Source: an uncultured Gemmatimonadales bacterium | GTDB taxonomy: Bacteria; Gemmatimonadota; Gemmatimonadetes; Longimicrobiales; Longimicrobiaceae | Assembly: GCA_963716255.1 (NCBI GenBank) | Contig: OY970303.1 | Coordinates: forward strand, 5,248,001-5,312,000 | Direction of reading: 5' to 3' | Length of the DNA: 64,000 bases | In this document: positions 11,101-23,100 of the stretch, piece after piece | Layout of the letters: each line of letters opens with the position of its first letter | Position numbering within the stretch: position 1 is the stretch's first letter | Notes under the pieces: model-generated | What the model saw: the letters and a program-made list of their open reading frames with translations, nothing else | What the model was told of the DNA's origin: nothing | The model's database searches: none | Program-made: the position numbers and the translations under genes

Positions 11101-14100
11101 GCCGGAAGACGCCCGCCACCGTGGCGGCGACGTACTCGCCCAGCGAGTGCCCGATCATCGACTCCGGCTGCACGCCCCAGCTCATCCACAGCCGCGCCAG
11201 CGCGTACTCCACCACGAAGACCGCCGGGTGCGCCCGCTCCGTGCGCCCGAGCGGGTCGCCGGCCGCCGCCCGGCCGAGCATGCCGCGGAGGTCGGTGGAC
11301 CCGCCCGCCTCCACCGGCGCGCCGCCGGCGGCCTGCTCCGGGGCGGGGTCTCCGGGGAAGAGCCATTCGCGCACGTCGCTCCGGGTGTGCGCGCCGAGGA
11401 TCCGGGCGCAGCGATCCACCTCGTCGTGGAAGACCGGCTCCGCCTCGTACAGCCCGCGCGCCATCTGCACGTAGTGGTCGCCCACGCCGGGGAAGAGGAA
11501 CGCCACCGGGCGCTCTTCGCGCTCCTGGGCTCCTTCCAGCACGCGCCGCGGGTCGCGCGCCTCCAGCGCCGCGGCGGCGTCCTCCCGGCCGCGGCACACC
11601 AGCACGCGCCGCTGCTTGAAGCGCCGCCGTCCCACGCGCAGCGTGTGCGCCACGTCGGCCAGCTTCTGCTCCGGGCGCTCGCGGAGGTGCGCGGCGAGGC
11701 GGTCGGTGGCCGCTTCCAGCGCGGCGGGGGTGCGGGCGCTCAGCACCAGGAGCTGCCACGGCCGCGACGGACCGGACGGAGCGGCCTGCGGCGCCTCCTC
11801 CAGCACCACGTGCGCGTTGGTTCCGCCGATGCCGAACGAGCTGACCCCCGCGATGCGGGGCCTCCCGCCGGGCGCCCAGGGGCGCAGGTCGGGGTTGACG
11901 TAGAAGGGCGAGCGGTCGAAGTCGATCCGCGGGTTGGGCCTGCGGAAGTACGGCGACGGAGGGATCTCCTCGTTCTGCAGCGCCAGCACCGTCTTGATGA
12001 GCCCCACCACTCCGGCCGCTGCGTCCAGGTGCCCGATGCTGGACTTCACCGCCCCGAGCGCGCACGTCCCCTTCTTCCCCTCCCCGAAGGCGGCGACCAG
12101 CGCCGCCACCTCGATGGGGTCGCCCACCTCGGTGCCGGAGCCGTGCGCCTCCACGTACGAGACGTCTCCCGGCTCGACCCTTGCCATCGCCAGGGCCTCC
12201 GAGATCACCGCCGCCTGCCCTTCCCAGCGCGGCGCCGTGAAGCCCACCTTGCGGTCCCCGTCGTTGTTCACCGCCGAGCCGCGGATCACGGCGTGGACGA
12301 GGTCCCCGTCGGCCAGCGCGTCCTCCAGCCGCTTCAGCACCACCGCTCCCACCCCGCTCCCCGCCACCAGGCCGCGCGCATCCGCGTCGAAGGGGACGCA
12401 CTCCCCCGTGGGCGAGGTGATGCCGCCCGGCTGGTAGCGGTAGCCGCGATGCTGCGGCACGCTGATCCGCACCCCGCCCGCCAGCGCCACGTCCGTTTCC
12501 CCGCAGAGCAGGCCCTGGCACGCCAGGTGGACGGCGACCAGGGACGAGGAGCACGCCGTCTGCACGTTCAGGCTGGGGCCCTCCAGCCCCAGCTTGAACG
12601 AGGTGAGCGTCGCCACCGAGGCGGAGTTCGACAGGATCACCTGGAGCCCGCCCACCGCCCGCACCAGCGCACGCTGCGAGAGCACGTCGAGCATGTAGCG
12701 GTTCTGGCCCTCGGAGGCGTACACCCCGATGCGGCCGGCGTAGTCCCGCGACGCGTAGCCCGCCCGCTCCAGCGCCTCCCAGGCGCACTCCAGGAAGAGG
12801 CGCTGCTGCGGGTTCATCACCAGGGCCTCGCGCGGTGTGAAGCCGAAGAAGGCGGCGTCGAACAGCTCCGCGCCCTCCACCACCCCCGAGACGGGGACGT
12901 AGCCTGGAGCGGTGCGCTCGCGGCGCGAGACCCCGGCGGCCCTGAGCTCTTCGTCGCCGAGGCGGCGGAGGGAGCGGGTGCCGGAGCGGAGGTTTTGCCA
13001 GAGCTCGTCGATGTCGCGCGCCCCCGGGAAGCGTCCCGCCATCCCGATGATGGCCACGTCCTGTCCGCCGGGGGATCCGGTTTGGCTGTTCATTCCTGGC
13101 TCGATCGGGTGGGTTCCGGCTTCGCGCCCGGACCGGGCGGCTCTGTGCTGCCGGGTGCGGGCGCGGCGCTCTTCGGCGTGCTCGTGGCTCCGCCCGGCCG
13201 GCGCTTCCCGCGGCTCCGGCACTTCCGCTCGCGGCGCTTCCGGAGCTTCCGCGGCCCGCGCCGCCTCCGGCCCTTTCGCCTCATGCACCGGCGGGGCGTC
13301 CGGCGCACTGGCCACCCTGGGCGGCTTCGGCACCCCGGGCGCCGCACTGCTGCCCAGCTGCGCGGCGAGCGCGCCCAGCGTGCGGTGGGTGAACAGGTCC
13401 ACCAGCGCGACCCGGTCGGGGAAGCGATCCTGCAGGCGGGAGTGGACCTGGACCAGGAGGAGGGAGTGCCCGCCCAGGTCGAAGAAGTTGTCGCCGACGC
13501 CGATGTGCGGCACGCCCAGGACTTCCTCCCAGATGGCCGCCACCGCGCGCTCGGCCGCGGTGAGCGGGGCGCCGCCCTCGCGGCCTCCGCCGCTCCGCTC
13601 GGGCGCGGGGAGAGCCCGGCGGTCCACCTTTCCGTTGGCGGTGAGCGGAATGCTCTCCAGCACCACGAACGCCTCCGGCACCATGTACTCCGGCAGGCGC
13701 TCGTGCAGCCGCGCCCGCAGCTCCGCCGCCGTGACCTCCGCGCCCGCCTCCGGCGCCATGTACGCCACCAGCCGCGGCCCTGCGGAGCCCGGCATGCCGA
13801 AGGCAGGATCCTCCCGCACCAGCACCACCGCTTCCCGCACCCCCTCCACGCCCAGCAGCGCCGCTTCGATCTCTCCAGGCTCGATGCGGAAGCCGCGGAT
13901 CTTGACCTGGTGGTCGAGCCGCCCCAGGTACTCCAGCTCCCCTGCGGCCAGCCACCGCGCACGGTCTCCGCTCCGGTACAGCCGCGCTCCCGCCTCGCCC
14001 CCGAACGCGTCCGGGACGAAGCGCTCCGCCGTCAGCTCCGGACGCCCCAGGTAGCCGCGCGACACCCCCGCGCCTGCCACGTACAGCTCGCCCGGCACAC

Positions 14101-17100
14101 CCACGGGCGCCGGCTCCCCCCGCCGGTCCAGCACCCGCACCCCCAGGTCCGGGATCGGCTCCCCGACCGGGCTCCCATCCCCCGCCTCCACGTCCGCCCA
14201 CCCCAGCAACCGGTACGTCACGTGGACCGTCGTCTCCGTGATTCCGTACATGTTCACCAGGCGCGGTGACTCCTCCCCGTGCCGCCCCATCCAACCCCGC
14301 AGACTCCCCGGCTCCAGCGCCTCGCCCCCGAAGACCACCCACCGCAGCGCCAGCTCCGCAGCGTCTCCAATCTGCTCGTCCGCCGCGTTCAGCTGGCGGA
14401 AAGCGGACGGCGTCTGGTTCAGCACCGTCACGCGCTCGCGAGCCAGCAGGTCGTGGAACGCCTCCGGGTCGCGGCTCGTCTGCCAGGGCACTACCACCAG
14501 GCGCCCCCCATGGAGGAGCGCGCCCCAGATCTCCCACACCGAGAAGTCGAAGGCGTACGAGTGGAAGAGCGTCCACACGTCTTCAGCGCCGAAGCCGAAC
14601 CACGGCTGCGTGGCCGCGAACAGGCGCGTGACGTTGCCGTGTGTGACCACGACGCCCTTGGGCCGTCCCGTGGAACCCGAGGTGTAGATCACGTACGCCG
14701 CGTTCTGCGGATCCACCTCCACCCCCGGCGCGGCATCCCCGCCCCCGGTCTCCGCCAGCGCACTCTCAAGCCCCAGCACCTCCACCGTGGCGTCGCCCAG
14801 CAGCCCGCGCAGGTGCTCCTGCACCAGGACGGCCGCGCAGCCCGAGTCTTCCAGCAGGTAGGCGAGGCGCTCCGCCGGGTAGGCGGGGTCGACGGGCACG
14901 TACGCGCCGCCGGACTTGAGCACGGCCAGCAGCGCGACGATCAGCTCCCCCGAGCGCTCGGCGCAGACCGCCACACGCGCCTCGGGGCCTACGCCGCGGC
15001 GCCGCAGATGGTGCGCGAGGCGGTTGGCGCGCCGTTCCAGCTCCGCGTAGGTGAGCGAGGCATTCCCGGAGACGATCGCCACCGCGTTGGGCGTACAGGC
15101 AGCCTGCTCGGCGAAGAGCTCGTGGACGCAGGCCTGCGGGAAAGCGGCGGGCGTAGCGTTCCAAGCCTCCACCACCTGCGCGCGTTCCACCCTGCGCAGC
15201 AGCGACACCTCCCAGAGACGCCGCCGCGGCTCTGCCGCCATGGCCTCCAGCAGCACCTCCAGGTGCCCCGCCATCCGCGCGATCGTCTCCGCCTCGAACA
15301 GCGCTCCCTTGTAGGCCAGCGTCCCCGCGAGCGACTCCGGCTCGTCCGCGAGCGCCAGCCCCAGGTCGAACTTCGCCACGCCCGCGCCGCTCCCGAAGGG
15401 CGTCAGCTCCAGGTCGCCCAGCGACAGCTGGCCTTCCGCGCCGGACCTCTGGAGAGCGAAGGTGACCTGGAAGACGGGGGTGTGCGTCAGGCTGCGCTCG
15501 GCGCCCAGCTCCTCCACCAGGCGCTCGAAGGGCAACTCCTGGTGGTCGAAGGCGGCCAGCGCCGTGGCGCGTGTCCGCCCCAGCAGCTCGGTCCAGGTGG
15601 GATCGCCCGCCAGGTCGGCCCGCAGGGCAAGCATGTTGACGAAGAAGCCGATCAGCCCCTCCACCTCCTGGCGGTTGCGCCCGGAGATGGGGCTGCCGAC
15701 GACCACGTCCTCCTGCCCCGCGTAACGAGCCAGCAGCACCTGCCAGGCGGCCAGCGTCGTCATGAACAGCGTCGCGCCCTCGCGCCGTGAGAGCGCCCGC
15801 AGCTCCCGTGACAGCTCGGGGGAGACGGCGAAGTGGCGGCTCGCCGCCAGCGCACTTTGCCCGGTCCTGCGCGGGCGGTCGGTGGGGATCTCCAGCAGGG
15901 GCGGCGCCCCCGCGAGGCGCTGCTTCCAGTAGCCGATCTGCGCGTCCAGGGTCTGGCCGCTGAGCCAGGCGCGCTGCCACACCGCAAAGTCGGCGTACTG
16001 CACCGGCAGCTCCTGCAGCCGCGGCTCCTCGCCCCGGCAGAGGGCGGTGTAGAGGGCGGAGACCTCGCGCACCAGCACCTGCATGCTCCACCCGTCGCTG
16101 ACCACGTGGTGCAGCGTGAAGAGCAGCACGTGCTCCTCCTCGTCCACGCGCAGCAGCGTGCTCCGCAGCAGCGGACCGCGCGCCAGGTCGAAGGGCCTGA
16201 GCGCCTCCTGGGAGGCCAGCCGCTCCACCTCGTGCGTGCGCGCCTCGACCGGCAGGCTCCGCAGGTCGAGATCGGGCAGCTCCACCGGCGCTGCAGGGTG
16301 GATGACCTGCACGGGCACGCCGCCCTGCTCCACGAACGTGGTGCGCAGCGTCTCGTGGCGCCGCACCAGCCCGTCCAGGCTCGCCCGCAGCGCCGCCGTG
16401 TCCAGCGCGCCGCGCAGACGCAGCGCCCCCGGCATGTTGTAGGCGGCGCTCCCCGGCTCGATCCGGTCCACCACCCAGAGCCTCTGCTGCGCGAACGACA
16501 GCGGCAGCGGCTCCGACCGCGAGACCCGCTCCACCGGCGGCGCCGGCGAGGCGCCCGCGCTCCGCAGCTCCTCCGCGCACCCGGCGAGCGCGGCCACCGT
16601 GGGCGCCTCGAAGAGCGCCTTCAGCGGCATCTCCACCCCCAGCGCCTGCCGCACCCGCGAGACTACCTGCGTCGCGAGCAGGGAGTGCCCCCCGCGCTCG
16701 AAGAAGTTGTCCTCCACCCCCACCCGCTCGGCGCCGAGCACCTCCGCCCAGATCCCCGCCAGAACCTCCTCCGTGGCCGTGCGCGGCGCCACGTACACCC
16801 CCTCCTCTCCCCACGCGGGCGCCGGGAGCGCCCGCCGGTCCAGCTTGCCGCTGGGCGTGTGCGGCAGCCGGTCCAGCACCACGAAGGCGCCCGGCACCAT
16901 GTGCTCCGGGAGCCGCGCCCCCAGGTGGGCCCGCAGCTCCGCCCGGGAGGGAGCTTCCCCCTCCTCCGCGGCCACGTACGCCGCGATCCGCAGGTCGCCC
17001 CGGGCGTCGGTCCGCGCGACCACCGCCGCCTCGCGCACCGCCAGGTGCGCGCGCAGCACGGCCTCGACCTCACCCAGCTCGATGCGGAAGCCCCGCACCT

Positions 17101-20100
17101 TGACCTGCTGGTCCGCCCGCCCCAGGTACTCCAGCTCCCCGCCCGCCGTCCACCGCGCCCGGTCCCCGGTCCGGTACATCCGCTCGCCGGGGACGCGCCC
17201 GAACGGGTCGGGGACGAAGCGCTCCGCCGTCGCGGCCGGGTTCCCCATGTACCCTCGCGCCACCCCCTTCCCCGCCACGTACAGCTCGCCCGCGGCGCCC
17301 GCGGGGGCTGGCTCCATCGCCGCGTCCACCACGTAGACGCGCGTGTTCCAGATCGGCCGGCCGATCGGCACCCGCTCACCAACGGTCGGGCCGACCGGGT
17401 GGTGGGTGCTGTCGGCTGCCGCCTCCGAAGACCCGTACAGGTTCAGGAGCCTCGCCCCGGGGAGCGCCTCCGCGAAGCGCCGGGCCAGCTCGGGGGGGAG
17501 CGCCTCTCCGCTGGTGACCACCAGGCGCAGGCGCGGGCAGCGCCTGCCGATCTCCGGGTAGGCGTCCAGGAGCGGGTCCAGGAGGGAGGGAACCAGGACG
17601 ATCCGGGTCACCCCGCGCAGCGACAGGTGGGCGACGAGCGCCTCCGGGTCGCGGGCGTCCTCGTCGGGAACGAGCACGGAGGGGACGCCAGCCAGGAGCG
17701 GGCCGAAGACCTCCCACACCGAGTCCACGAAGGCCAGCGAGGTCTTCTGGCAGCACACCTCGTCCGCCGCGAACGGGTGCTCGCTCCACATCCAGGCGAA
17801 GCGGTTGACGGCCGCGCCGTGCGTGCCGAGCACCCCCTTGGGAGTACCGGTGGAACCGGACGTGTAGACCACGTATGCCAGGCTCTCCGGCTCCACCTCG
17901 GCGTCGGCCGCCTCTCCGGCGTCCGCGGCGGCATCGGAGCGCAGCACCTCCACGCCGCACTCGCCCAGCCGCCCGGCCGCTGCGGAATCGGCCAGGAGGA
18001 GCGCCGCGCCCGAGTCGGCGAGCATGTAGCGCAGCCGCTCCACGGGGTACCCGGGGTCCATGGGGACGTACGCGCCCCCGGCGCGCACGACGGCCAGGAG
18101 CGCCGCCACCAGCTCGGGGGTGCGGCTCATGCACACGCCCACCCGGGTCTCCGGCCCCACGCCGCGCCGCCGCAGGGTGCCGGCGAGCCGGCGGGAGCGG
18201 CGATCCAGCTCGGCGTACGTCACCGGCTCGCCGCGCCAGGTGAGGGCCGGGGCGTCGGGCGTACGGCGGGCCCGTGCGGCGAAGAGGTCGTGCAGGCCCG
18301 GCCCGGCGGGGACCGGCCGCGCGGTGTCGTTCCACGCTTCCAGCACCCGGGCGCGCTCCGCCCCACGCAGCAGCGACACCTCGGAGAGCCGCCGCCGCGG
18401 GTCGGCCGCCATCGCCTCCAGCACGGTTTCCAGGTGCCCGGCCAGCCGCGCCATGGTCGCGGGCTCGAAGAGCGCCGCGCGGTAGACGAGCTCCCCGGCC
18501 AGCGCTTCTCCCGACTCGTCGAGCACCAGGTCCAGGTCGAACCGGGCGACGCGCTCGCCTCCGCCGAACGGCTCCAGCGCCACGTCGCCCAGGCGCAGCG
18601 CGTCGCCCAGCCCGCCCGTGCGCTGCAGCGCGAAGGTCGTCTGGACGAGAGGCGAGTGCGTCAGGCTGCGCTCCACGCCCACTTCCTCCACCAGGCGCTC
18701 AAAGGGGAGCTCCTGGTGGTCGTATGCCCCCAGCGCCGTCTCCCGCACCCGCCCCAACAGCTCGGCCCAGGCAGGGTCTCCCGAAAGGTCGACGCGCAGC
18801 ACCAGCAGGTTGACGAAGAAGCCGATCAGCCCTTCCACCTCGCGCCGGTTCCGCCCGGCGACGGGGCTCCCCACCACCACGTCCTCCTGCCCCGCGTAGC
18901 GTCCCAGCAGCGCCTGCCACCCCGCCAGCACGGTCATGAAGAGCGTGGTCCCCTCGCGACGGGAAAGCTCCCGCAGCCCCTGCGACAGCGCGGGCGGGAG
19001 GACGAACCGGTGACCCGCCGCGCGCGGGCTCTGCCCCTGGGCGCGCGGACGGTCGACCGGGATCTCCAGCAGCGGGGGGGCGCTTCGCAGCTGTTCGCGC
19101 CAAAAGGCCAGCTGCGCCTCCAGCGGCCCGCCGCTCAGCCACGCGCGCTGCCACACGGCGTAGTCGGCGTACTGCACCGGGAGCTCGGGGAGCGGCTCGC
19201 CGGCGTAGAGCGCCGAGACCTCGCGCACCAGAACCTCGATGCTCCACCCGTCGCTGACGACGTGGTGGAGGGTGAAGCAGAGGACGTGGTCGTCCTCGTC
19301 CAGGCGCAGCAGCGTGCTCCGCAGCAGCGGACCGCGCTCCAGGTCGAAGGGACGCAGCGCTTCCTCCGCCGCCAGACGCCCCGCCTCCCGGAGCGCGTCC
19401 GCCGCATCCCGCAGGTCGACGACCTGGAGCGGCACCGGAGCGGGCGGACCGATCACCTGCACGGGAACGCCGTCGCGCTCGGCGAAGACCGTGCGCAGCG
19501 CCTCGTGCCGCCGCACCAGCTCGTCCAGGGCGGCCCGCAGCGCCGCGGCATCGAGTCCGCCGCGCAGCCGCAGCGCGTACGGCATGTTGTAGGCGGCGCT
19601 CCCCGGCTCCAGCCGGTCCACCACCCAGAGCCGCTGCTGCGCGAACGACAGCGGGAGCGGACCCTCCCGCGGGACGCGCTCCAGCGGCGGACCTGCCGCG
19701 GCGCCCGAGCCCCGGAGGATCTCGATGCGCTCCGCCAGCGCGGCGACGGTGGGCGCCTCGAAGAGCGCCCGCAGCGGCACCTCCGCCCCGAACGCCTGCC
19801 GAGCGCGGGAGACCACCTGCGTCGCGAGCAGCGAGTGGCCCCCCAGATCGAAGAAGCCGTCCTCCACTCCCACCCGCGCCGTCCCCAGCACCTCCGCCCA
19901 GATCCCGCTCAGCACCTCCTCCGTCGCCGTACGGGGTGCCACGTACGCCGCCGCGGCCTCCCGCTCCGGCGCGGGGAGCGCCCGCCGGTCGACCTTGCCG
20001 TTGGCGCTCAGCGGGAGGCGGTCCAGCACCACGAAGGCGCCCGGCACCATGTGCTCCGGGAGCCGCGCCGACAGGTGCTCCCGCAGCCCGGCCACGGCGA

Positions 20101-23100
20101 CCTGCGCGTCTTCGGCCGGCGCCACGTAGGCGACCAGGCGCTTCTGCCCGGGGACGTCCTCGCGCACCACGACGGCTGCCTCGCGGATCGTCTCGTGCGC
20201 CAGGAGCGCCGCCTCGACCTCACCTGGCTCGATGCGGAAGCCGCGGACCTTGACCTGCTCGTCCACGCGGCCCAGGAACTCCAGCTCCCCGTCCGCGCGA
20301 CGGCGCACCCGGTCGCCGGTGCGGTACAGTCTCGCCCCCGGCTCGATCGCGAACGCGTGGGGGACGAACTTCTCGGCCGTCAGCTCCGGGCGGTCCAGGT
20401 AGCCGCGCGCCACCCCCGCCCCGCCGATCCACAGCTCCCCGGGGACGCCGGCCGGAAGGAGGCTCCCCCCGGCGTCGCACACGTACAGCCCCGCCCCGGG
20501 GAGGGCGCGCCCGACCACCTGCCAGGCGTAGCCGCCCTCCGCCCGCAGCCGCGAGGCCGCGCCGAGGATGGTGGTCTCCGTGGGCCCGTACAGCACCCGC
20601 AGCTCGGCGGATGGGAACGCCCGCCGCATCTCCCCGATCAGGTCGGCCGGGACGGCGTCGCCGCCCACGTACACCCTGCGCATCCGCGGCAGCGTTCCCG
20701 GCCCGGCCTGCACCCGCTGCACCACCTCGCGCATCAGCGCCGGCACCGCGTGCACCGCGTCCACCTCCGCAAGCTCCCCGACCAGGCGCTCCACGTCCCG
20801 CACGGTCGCGCGCGCCAGGAGCCGCACCGTCCCGCCCGAGAGGAGAGGCGCGAAGACCTCGAAGGCCCAGATGTCGAAGGCGTAGCTCGCCGTGGCCGGG
20901 AACACCTCGCCGGCGCCGGGTCCGAAGGCCTCGAGGGTGCCGAGCAGCGTGTTCGCCAGGCCGGCGTGCTCCACGACCACCCCCTTGGGACGGCCGGTGG
21001 AGCCGGAGGTGTAGACGACGTACGCGGCGTTGCGCGCGTCCACCCCGCTCCGCGGCGCCCCGTCCGGCTCGCGCACGACCGCTTCCCCGTCCGCGTCCAG
21101 GCGGACGACCTCCCCCGCGAAGGCGGGGAGCGCGTCCAGGAGCGCCGAGCGCGTGAGGAGGACCGAGGCTCCGGAGTCGGAGAGGGTGTAGGCCAGCCGC
21201 TCGGCGGGGTACGCCGGGTCCAGCGGCACGTAGGCGCCGCCGGCCTTGAGGATCGCCAGGACGCCGACCACCAGCTCCGCGCCGGGCTCCAGGCAGACCC
21301 CCACACGGCTCTCCGGCCCGACGCCGCGCCGCTGCAGGTGGCGCGCGAGCCGGTTGGCGCCGCGCTCCAGCTCCGTGTACGTGAGCGCCCCGCCGCGGCC
21401 CGCGACCGCCGTCAGGTCGGGCGTGGCCGCGGCCTGTGCCGAGAACAGCTCGTGCACGCACGCCGACGGGCGCCCGACGGCTTCCGCCCGGGACCCGGCC
21501 AGGAGCTGCGCCCGCTCGCCGTCGCGCAGCAGCGACACCTCCCAGAGACGCCGCCGCGGCTCTGCCGCCATGGCCTCCAGCAGCACCTCCAGGTGCCCCG
21601 CCATCCGCGCGATCGTCTCCGCCTCGAACAGCGCTCCCTTGTAGGCCAGCGTCCCCGCGAGCGACTCCGGCTCGTCCGCGAGCGCCAGCCCCAGGTCGAA
21701 CTTCGCCACGCCCGCGCCGCTCCCGAAGGGCGCCAGCTCCAGGTCGCCCAGCGACAGCTGGCCTTCCGCGCCGGACCTCTGGAGAGCGAAGGTGACCTGG
21801 AAGACGGGGGTGTGCGTCAGGCTGCGCTCGGCGCCCAGCTCCTCCACCAGGCGCTCGAAGGGCAACTCCTGGTGGTCGAAGGCGGCCAGCGCCGTGGCGC
21901 GTGTCCGCCCCAGCAGCTCGGTCCAGGTGGGATCGCCCGCCAGGTCGGCCCGCAGGGCAAGCATGTTGACGAAGAAGCCGATCAGCCCCTCCACCTCCTG
22001 GCGGTTGCGCCCGGAGATGGGGCTGCCGACGACCACGTCCTCCTGCCCCGCGTAACGAGCCAGCAGCACCTGCCAGGCGGCCAGCGTCGTCATGAACAGC
22101 GTCGCGCCCTCGCGCCGTGAGAGCGCCCGCAGCTCCCGTGACAGCTCGGGGGAGACGGCGAAGTGGCGGCTCGCCGCCAGCGCACTTTGCCCGGTCCTGC
22201 GCGGGCGGTCGGTGGAGATCTCCAGCAGGGGCGGCGCCCCCGCGAGGCGCTGCTTCCAGTAGCCGATCTGCGCGTCCAGGGTCTGGCCGCTGAGCCAGGC
22301 GCGCTGCCACACCGCGAAGTCGGCGTACTGCACCGGCAGCTCCTGCAGCCGCGGCTCCTCGCCCCGGCAGAGGGCGGTGTAGAGGGCGGAGACCTCGCGC
22401 ACCAGCACCTGCATGCTCCACCCGTCGCTGACCACGTGGTGCAGCGTGAAGAGCAGCACGTGCTCCTCCTCGTCCACGCGCAGCAGCGTGCTCCGCAGCA
22501 GCGGACCGCGCGCCAGGTCGAAGGGCCTGAGCGCCTCCTGGGAGGCCAGCCGCTCCACCTCGTGCGTGCGCGCCTCGACCGGCAGGCTCCGCAGGTCGAG
22601 ATCGGGCAGCTCCACCGGCGCTGCAGGGTGGATGACCTGCACGGGCACGCCGCCCTGCTCCACGAACGTGGTGCGCAGCGTCTCGTGGCGCCGCACCAGC
22701 CCGTCCAGGCTCGCCCGCAGCGCCGCCGTGTCCAGCGCGCCGCGCAGACGCAGCGCCCCCGGCATGTTGTAGGCGGCGCTCCCCGGCTCCAGCCGGTCGA
22801 CCAGCCAGAGTCGCTGCTGCGCGAACGACAGCGGCAGCGGCTCCTCTCGAGAAACCCGCTCGATCCGCGGCGCCGGCGAAGCGCCCGTGCCGCGCAGCCC
22901 CTCGATGCGCCCGGCCAGCATCGCGACGGTAGGGGCCTCGAAGAGCGCCCGCAGCGGCACGTCCGCGCCGAGCACCTGCCGCGCTCGGGAGACCACCTGC
23001 ATGGCCAGCAGCGAGTGCCCGCCCAGCGCGAAGAAGTCGTCTTCCATTCCGACGCGCCCGGTCCCGAGCACTTCCGCCCAGATCCCGCTCAGCACTTCCT

